DNA from: Flavobacteriales bacterium
GTDB taxonomy: Bacteria > Bacteroidota > Bacteroidia > NS11-12g > UBA955
Reading direction: 5' to 3'
Assembly (NCBI GenBank): GCA_947496375.1
Contig: CANMCY010000008.1
Span: 16,817-80,816 of the forward strand
Length of the DNA: 64,000 nt
In this document: positions 59,901 through 64,000 of the stretch, piece after piece
How positions within the stretch are numbered: the first letter of the stretch is position 1
Layout: each line of letters opens with the position of its first letter
The notes under the pieces: model-generated
The model's database searches: none
Told to the model about the DNA's origin: nothing
Seen by the model: the letters and a program-made list of their open reading frames with translations, nothing else
Made by a program: the position numbers and the translations under genes

Positions 59901-60804
59901 TTTCGGTGATGGCCAGATCGGGTGTTGTATTGTTGTAAACAACCGTAAAGCTATAATCTGCAGCCATGGGGTTTCCGGCGGTATCCCTGATGTTGCTTTT
60001 GGCAGTGATGGTGTAGTATTTTCCTACAGTGAGCGCTGGAGAGAATGAAAGGGTAACGGTATCGGCACCGGGACTGCTGCTGCGCAGGGCTGAGCTGAGG
60101 GTAGCAGAGGGAGAGATGGAATAATTGGTGGTAGAATCGGCGCTGTTGCCCAGCATTTCATTGAAAGCAATTTTAACGGTGCTAAGGTTTTCGATGGAGG
60201 TTTTGCTTACGAAAGGCGCGGTTTTATCAATATTGGAACCCGTGAGTTTAAAATCATCGATGGCAGCCCAGTCGCCGTTTCCATCCTGCAATGCATAGAT
60301 GCGAAGGCGCACAAAAGATTTACCGGCAGGAACCGAAATGGAGACTTTGGTCCAAGCTTTCGAATCTTTGGAAAATTCCACCAGATTGGCACGATTCCAT
60401 GTTTTGAGGGTGTCGTATTCTACAATGTATCCAATGGTGTCAGGAATATCATATGCATTGGTAAAGTAATAGAATTCAATGTCTGTGGTGGTGTATTTGC
60501 TGATATCAACGGCCTCAAAATCCATGTAGTGGCGGGGGGAGGAAACAGTAACGGGATTGTTTAAATCACGCATACCCCAAAGTTTGGTGCCGGTGCGAGC
60601 CGTAATTTTAAGGTCAGTTCCTGCGGTTAGCCCTATTTCACTGGTGTCGGCCCATTGGTCAGACAGAGATATAAAGTTATACCTTGCATAGTTGGTGGTG
60701 AATTTCCAGTTATCAGAGCCGGATTTTTCAAATCCCTGGAATTTTTGTGAAAAAAGAAAATTGGCACCCAGTAAGCCAATTGTCAATATTGTAATTTTTT
60801 TCAT
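56977..60804 (-). CDS. T9SS-secreted choice-of-anchor I (alkaline-phosphatase-like) protein with lamin-tail and Calx-beta domains
   Basis: AEISAYD, PDMVTFTPDG, ANEA, EPEY, TLQENN, TANEGD, RSDNKGPEPEG, SNEVS; LTD ITEIMYN..FIEI; CTD FYPVPA..GLY. Confidence 0.88.
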   Translation of the reverse strand: MKKITILTIGLLGANFLFSQKFQGFEKSGSDNWKFTTNYARYNFISLSDQWADTSEIGLTAGTDLKITARTGTKLWGMRDLNNPVTVSSPRHYMDFEAVDISKYTTTDIEFYYFTNAYDIPDTIGYIVEYDTLKTWNRANLVEFSKDSKAWTKVSISVPAGKSFVRLRIYALQDGNGDWAAIDDFKLTGSNIDKTAPFVSKTSIENLSTVKIAFNEMLGNSADSTTNYSISPSATLSSALRSSSPGADTVTLSFSPALTVGKYYTITAKSNIRDTAGNPMAADYSFTVVYNNTTPDLAITEIMYNSPSSDPDTLDFIEIVNKGNTAAALGGLTFHNGGITSLPEITLNPGAFYLMGMDSNACKRFYGKPFGQYTDALSNGGEPLFIRNTLGKTIDSVNYDDAAPWTLGPPTPDGGGPSLEIIDYRLENNDASNWQISGTKVATWNGITDIFATPGSSVLPSIPTVVFTAAVQYVNESLDSVFFTLRTSTPNSKTIQGKVALVSKFGTAQKDSDFVWKDSIYTIPANFAGDLKYGFAIVKDSKTEADENFALRLSIVNNGVTGSTKDQTVFIIDNDQPVIKPVKNIALKFAGRYSVAGTGNSAEISAYDPGSKRLYVVNSLKNTVHMVDLKDPSNPKEIKVFDATPYGELTSVAINNGIVAVACPSATISADGKLLLLDTGCNLKKTVTVGVLPDMVTFTPDGKKILTANEAQPEADYSQDAEGSVSIVDISAGLNSVDQSKVTTVDFKRFNANAAALKQSGIRAYGVGNTFSRDMEPEYITFSTDSRTAYVTLQENNAMAIINLQTNRIDTLVALGSKDFSLPENSTDVNDQGSQIVMGAWPVKAFYSPDAVQSFSIGGKDYLVTANEGDYREYTALTEELRVSAMKLDSTRFPEQGLLKAGHNLGRLTVTGRAGDTDGDGDIDEIMMAGSRSFSIWSAADMKLQYDSKNDFERYTATDTQWRRYFNASNTTGAPAIKNRSDNKGPEPEGVAMGVINDTTYAFIALERTGGVMVYNVQNPLKPVFVDYINTRLPAGDGDLGSEGILFIPANESPTGKHMIVLSNEVSATVSMYEVSGTYPVATATLNKANVTITEGAVAEKLTVQLDKASNYATRVVLSVSNTTASAADYSTTPALTGDSIVVTIPKGATTSEISLLATDDTEIESTEAASVSIRSVSFGATKGSSATCLISIADNDKATGVNKQTLDGIAFYPVPADAVLNLSKMVDHISITNMQGQVVLTAEKTTHVNVAKLPAGLYNITLNHGATGRLLIQH

Positions 60805-60942
60805 ATTGAGGCGAAATTCTTACGAATTTGTTTTTTTATGAATAACAGATTATTATAGATACATTATCTGGCATTGATGAATGTTTACCATTCAATAACA
60901 ATGACAAACGTCAAGAAATACGTGATTAAAAAAAGGCCGAAA

Positions 60943-62004
60943 TTAAACAGCTTCTGTGTTGCCGAAAATTCCGGTAACAGGGGCTATATCTGCGAATTTT
61001 TTAGGGGTTAATTTATAGTCCCCGGCTTTATCCATTATCCAGCGAATAATGGCAGCATTTTCATTAAAAGTCGGTTTGATAGTGGGGGCATCGCCATAAT
61101 ACCATCGGTGTATGCTTACTCCGGTCCTGGTCGTAAGATTTTCGAGAACCGGGACATTCCATTCTTGCAGTGCAGCGGCATTGCACCACTGTTCATATTG
61201 CCCGTGTATGGGCATCACCATCACCCGTTTGCCCAGATAGAGCGCCTCTGCCGGGGTTTCAAAACCACCCCCTGTTATAATACCGTGGCAATCAATCAAG
61301 CTTTGGGTAAACATCTCATTGTCGATGGGATAGAAGGTGATGTTATCCAGCTGTTTTATGGTTTTGGTTTCGCGGGTAAATACCTGAAAGTGAATGTAGG
61401 TGAGGGATTTGAGGTAGGTAGCAATTTCATTTCCAGGGTATTGGGGAAGGTAAACGGTCACATATCCGCGGTCGGTAGGGTTTGCATTCACAACGGCGGA
61501 TTTGATGATGGGGGTGTTGATATTGTCGTCGTATTGTTTAAAATGCAATCCCAGATTAACGCTGCCGGTACAGTAGTTCTTAAGTACCCATTCTCCAAGG
61601 GTATCCTTTTTCAAAGGCCTTGGCACCAGTGGGCTTCTGAAGCTGGCCTGATGCCCAAAATGCACCGATGGAAGTCCTTTGAGTTTGCAGGCAATGGAGG
61701 TAATGCTCTCAAAGTCATTCAATATCAAATCATACTGGTGCAGCGGCAGTTTCAATGCATCTTTAACCAGCATGGCGGGCTTGAGTTTTTTGGCAATCTT
61801 CCAGTAATCCAGCCCCCCTTTTTTATTGTATTCCAGACTTAGGCCTTTGCTGCGGTATACGATGGGCAATCCCTGGCCAAGCTGGGCATTGGTGCCGCTT
61901 AAGAAAATATCTACATCACCATATTGCTTCAGATAGGGTAAAATTTCTAAGGCCCGGGCTATATGTCCATTGCCGGTGGCCTGAACAGCGTAGAAAATTC
62001 TCAT
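60943..62004 (-). CDS. GT-B glycosyltransferase (MJ1255-like)
   Basis: YAVQATGNGHIARA, NDFE, GGGFETPAEALYLGK, QYEQWCNA. Confidence 0.85.
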   Translation of the reverse strand: MRIFYAVQATGNGHIARALEILPYLKQYGDVDIFLSGTNAQLGQGLPIVYRSKGLSLEYNKKGGLDYWKIAKKLKPAMLVKDALKLPLHQYDLILNDFESITSIACKLKGLPSVHFGHQASFRSPLVPRPLKKDTLGEWVLKNYCTGSVNLGLHFKQYDDNINTPIIKSAVVNANPTDRGYVTVYLPQYPGNEIATYLKSLTYIHFQVFTRETKTIKQLDNITFYPIDNEMFTQSLIDCHGIITGGGFETPAEALYLGKRVMVMPIHGQYEQWCNAAALQEWNVPVLENLTTRTGVSIHRWYYGDAPTIKPTFNENAAIIRWIMDKAGDYKLTPKKFADIAPVTGIFGNTEAV

Positions 62005-62846
62005 TTTACCAAAGATTGAATGACCAGTTCTACAGGATTATTAACAACATCAGGAAATGGGTGCTTTTTGGTAAGTTCAAATACCGTGGCATGCGCGGTT
62101 TTTGCTTCAGCATACTGGTAGATATTCCAGTCTCCATTTTCATATTCCAGGGCTGTCAGATTCTCTATCCAGTCACCGCTGTTCAGGTAACGGATTTTAC
62201 CGTTTTCTGTTTCAATGATTCTATCCTGTGGCTGATGAATGTGTCCGCAGATTACGTAGTCATATTGTTTTTCTATTCCCAGGTCTGCGGCACAGGTTTC
62301 AAAATCTCCAATCCAGCGTACGGCTCTTTTTACGGATGCTTTCACTTTTTTACTGAAGCTCATTTTTTCGCGGCCCAGGGTTTTCAACACAAAATTGATG
62401 AGGCGATTTAGCAGTATCAGTAAGTCATACCCTTTGCCACCCAATTTTGCCAGCCATTTGGCGGCTCCATTGGTGCTTGCGTCAAAAACATCCCCGTGAA
62501 ATATCCAGGCTCTTTTTCCATCTATTTCCAACACAAGTTTATCATCCAGGTAAAAATTTCCCATATTAAATCCTGAGTATCTTCTCAGCATTTCATCGTG
62601 GTTTCCGGTGATGTAGTAAACTTTTGTGCCCTTGCTGATAAAGGAAGTAATCTCCTTAATTACCTGCATGTGGGTGGCAGGGAAATAACGTTTACTGAAA
62701 GCCCACCCGTCTATGATGTCACCATTCAGCACCAGTATTTCCGGTTGTATGGATTTTAGGTATTGTACAAGCTCAGTGGCATGGCAGCCATAAGTGCCCA
62801 AATGTACATCGCTTATGATAACGGCCTGAAGCTTACGAACCTGCAT
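62001..62846 (-). CDS. calcineurin-like metallophosphoesterase, LpxH2/PlcP-like
   Basis: SDVHLG, NGDIID, GNHD, HGD, CGHIH, YLNSGDWIENLTALE. Confidence 0.85.
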   Translation of the reverse strand: MQVRKLQAVIISDVHLGTYGCHATELVQYLKSIQPEILVLNGDIIDGWAFSKRYFPATHMQVIKEITSFISKGTKVYYITGNHDEMLRRYSGFNMGNFYLDDKLVLEIDGKRAWIFHGDVFDASTNGAAKWLAKLGGKGYDLLILLNRLINFVLKTLGREKMSFSKKVKASVKRAVRWIGDFETCAADLGIEKQYDYVICGHIHQPQDRIIETENGKIRYLNSGDWIENLTALEYENGDWNIYQYAEAKTAHATVFELTKKHPFPDVVNNPVELVIQSLVK

Positions 62847-62933
62847 AAACAAAGTTGATTTCAAAGGGTTTACATATAATGAATGAAGTGTTTTATTTAT
62901 GTTATTTAAAAATGAATAGTTTTAATATTAAAT

Positions 62934-62968
62934 AAAAAAAATGGCAGCTATTAGCTGCCATTTTTTTT
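62934..62968. terminator. terminator after the TonB-dependent receptor
   Basis: A8-TGGCAGCTA-T-TAGCTGCCA-T8. Confidence 0.8.
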
Positions 62969-62982
62969 GAGATTGGTTGCGG

Positions 62983-64000
62983 TTAGTTAAAGGTGTAACG
63001 CAATCCGAATTGCATTTGCCAAACATCGTTCAGGCCTGCACTCTGAGAGGTAACAGTGTTGATGAGCTGGTTGCCTTTATCTCTGTTTAAAGAGTAGATT
63101 GGGTTATTGTTTGCATCTTTACCTTCATATTTGAGTAAAGCAGCATAATTAACCTGATCGCTCACGCCCCAGGCAGAGTTCAGCAAGTTTCCTACATTGT
63201 AGATGTCCAGGCGAAGCTGAAGGGCATGTTTGCCTGGTTTTTTCAGGCGGATTTCTTGAATAACCGAAAGGTCAAATGTTGTGAGCCAGGGCATCAAAAC
63301 ACCATTGCGCTGAGCATATTTGCCTTTGTTGGCGCTGAGATAAGCATCACTGTTTAAAAGTGCGTTGAAAGCATCTTTTTGCTCTTGCACGGTTGCAGTG
63401 TCTTTGTTCACAACGGTTTGTTTCCAGTTCACTTCATCAGCAGAATTGGGTATGTAAATAAGATCATTGTTGGCAAGTTGATCGCCGTTCATGTCGTTGG
63501 AATAGAACATGCTGTAGCGGCCCTGGTTGCCTGACTGCATAAACAGACTGATGGTGGTGGGGTAGTTTTTAACAGGGGTTTTGTAGGTGATAGCACCAAT
63601 AATTCTGTGACGCTGATCGTTATCTGAGAAGGCGAGATCAGGAAGATTGTTGCCTTTTACGCTTCTGTTGTCGCGCCAGCTGCTGTAGGCAATGGAGCCA
63701 CCGGTGATAAGGTCTTTGGTTTCAGAAAAATTGTAAGCCAACATAAAGCCGAAGCCGTTTACAGCAGGTTTTTCAATTTTAACGGTAGCTGAATAGTTAT
63801 ATCCTTTGTTGGTGTTGGTTAGCAGTATTGCATCTGAAACATTGTCATACACGCGGTTTGGATTGTTTGCATAGCCAAAATAGGGGCGAGTATCAGGTCC
63901 ACTGAAATTGCCTATGGGGTTTTCCTGATTTACGTTCAGGTACATGATGTTGTTGATGGTTCTGTTGTACATGAATTCCAAAGTGCCAATCAATCCACCG
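62983..64000 (-). CDS. TonB-dependent receptor (Oar-like), C-terminal part; 5' end outside window
   Basis: beta-barrel strands, DMNGD...NDLIYIP, NVGNLLN..WG, terminal QFGLRYTFN. Confidence 0.88.
   Translation of the reverse strand, partial: GGLIGTLEFMYNRTINNIMYLNVNQENPIGNFSGPDTRPYFGYANNPNRVYDNVSDAILLTNTNKGYNYSATVKIEKPAVNGFGFMLAYNFSETKDLITGGSIAYSSWRDNRSVKGNNLPDLAFSDNDQRHRIIGAITYKTPVKNYPTTISLFMQSGNQGRYSMFYSNDMNGDQLANNDLIYIPNSADEVNWKQTVVNKDTATVQEQKDAFNALLNSDAYLSANKGKYAQRNGVLMPWLTTFDLSVIQEIRLKKPGKHALQLRLDIYNVGNLLNSAWGVSDQVNYAALLKYEGKDANNNPIYSLNRDKGNQLINTVTSQSAGLNDVWQMQFGLRYTFN

Noticed and set aside
62865-62930. Pho-box-like 11-bp-spaced repeats upstream of the PlcP-like gene
   Set aside because: Only two weak TGTT(T/A) matches (62889, 62900) in very AT-rich DNA, not distinguishable from chance

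Overview
A 64-kb chromosomal segment from a Bacteroidota bacterium. The evidence is recurrent TAnnTTTG -7 promoter boxes, T9SS type A and type B C-terminal domains, porX and a Bacteroidota-style cox operon. Most of it is housekeeping: glyA, maf, hbd, queA, rsmA, an aa3-type cytochrome c oxidase operon with assembly factors, recA/radC, gcvP, tsaE-porX, thiamine pyrophosphokinase, xth, purM, surE, lpxB and three tRNAs (Leu-GAG, Leu-CAG, Ala-GGC). Accessory parts: (i) an ~8-kb block (17.55-25.54 kb) holding a membrane-anchored AraC-like sensor and a divergent mosaic T9SS adhesin, bounded on the left by a REP-like palindrome cluster and on the right by a 90-bp tandem array that ends in a nested inverted-repeat element fused to the tRNA-Leu 3' end; (ii) an AAA_14/DUF4143-type ATPase preceded by four TTGCA-N10-TGCAA-type sites in exact 32-bp phase; (iii) a ParDE module next to a stand-alone cyclic-phosphate-processing receiver protein; (iv) a probable phosphate-starvation cluster (TonB receptor, PlcP-like phosphoesterase, glycosyltransferase, choice-of-anchor I phosphatase). 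I saw no integrase, transposase, CRISPR or rRNA. All family calls come from reading motifs by eye, not from database searches.
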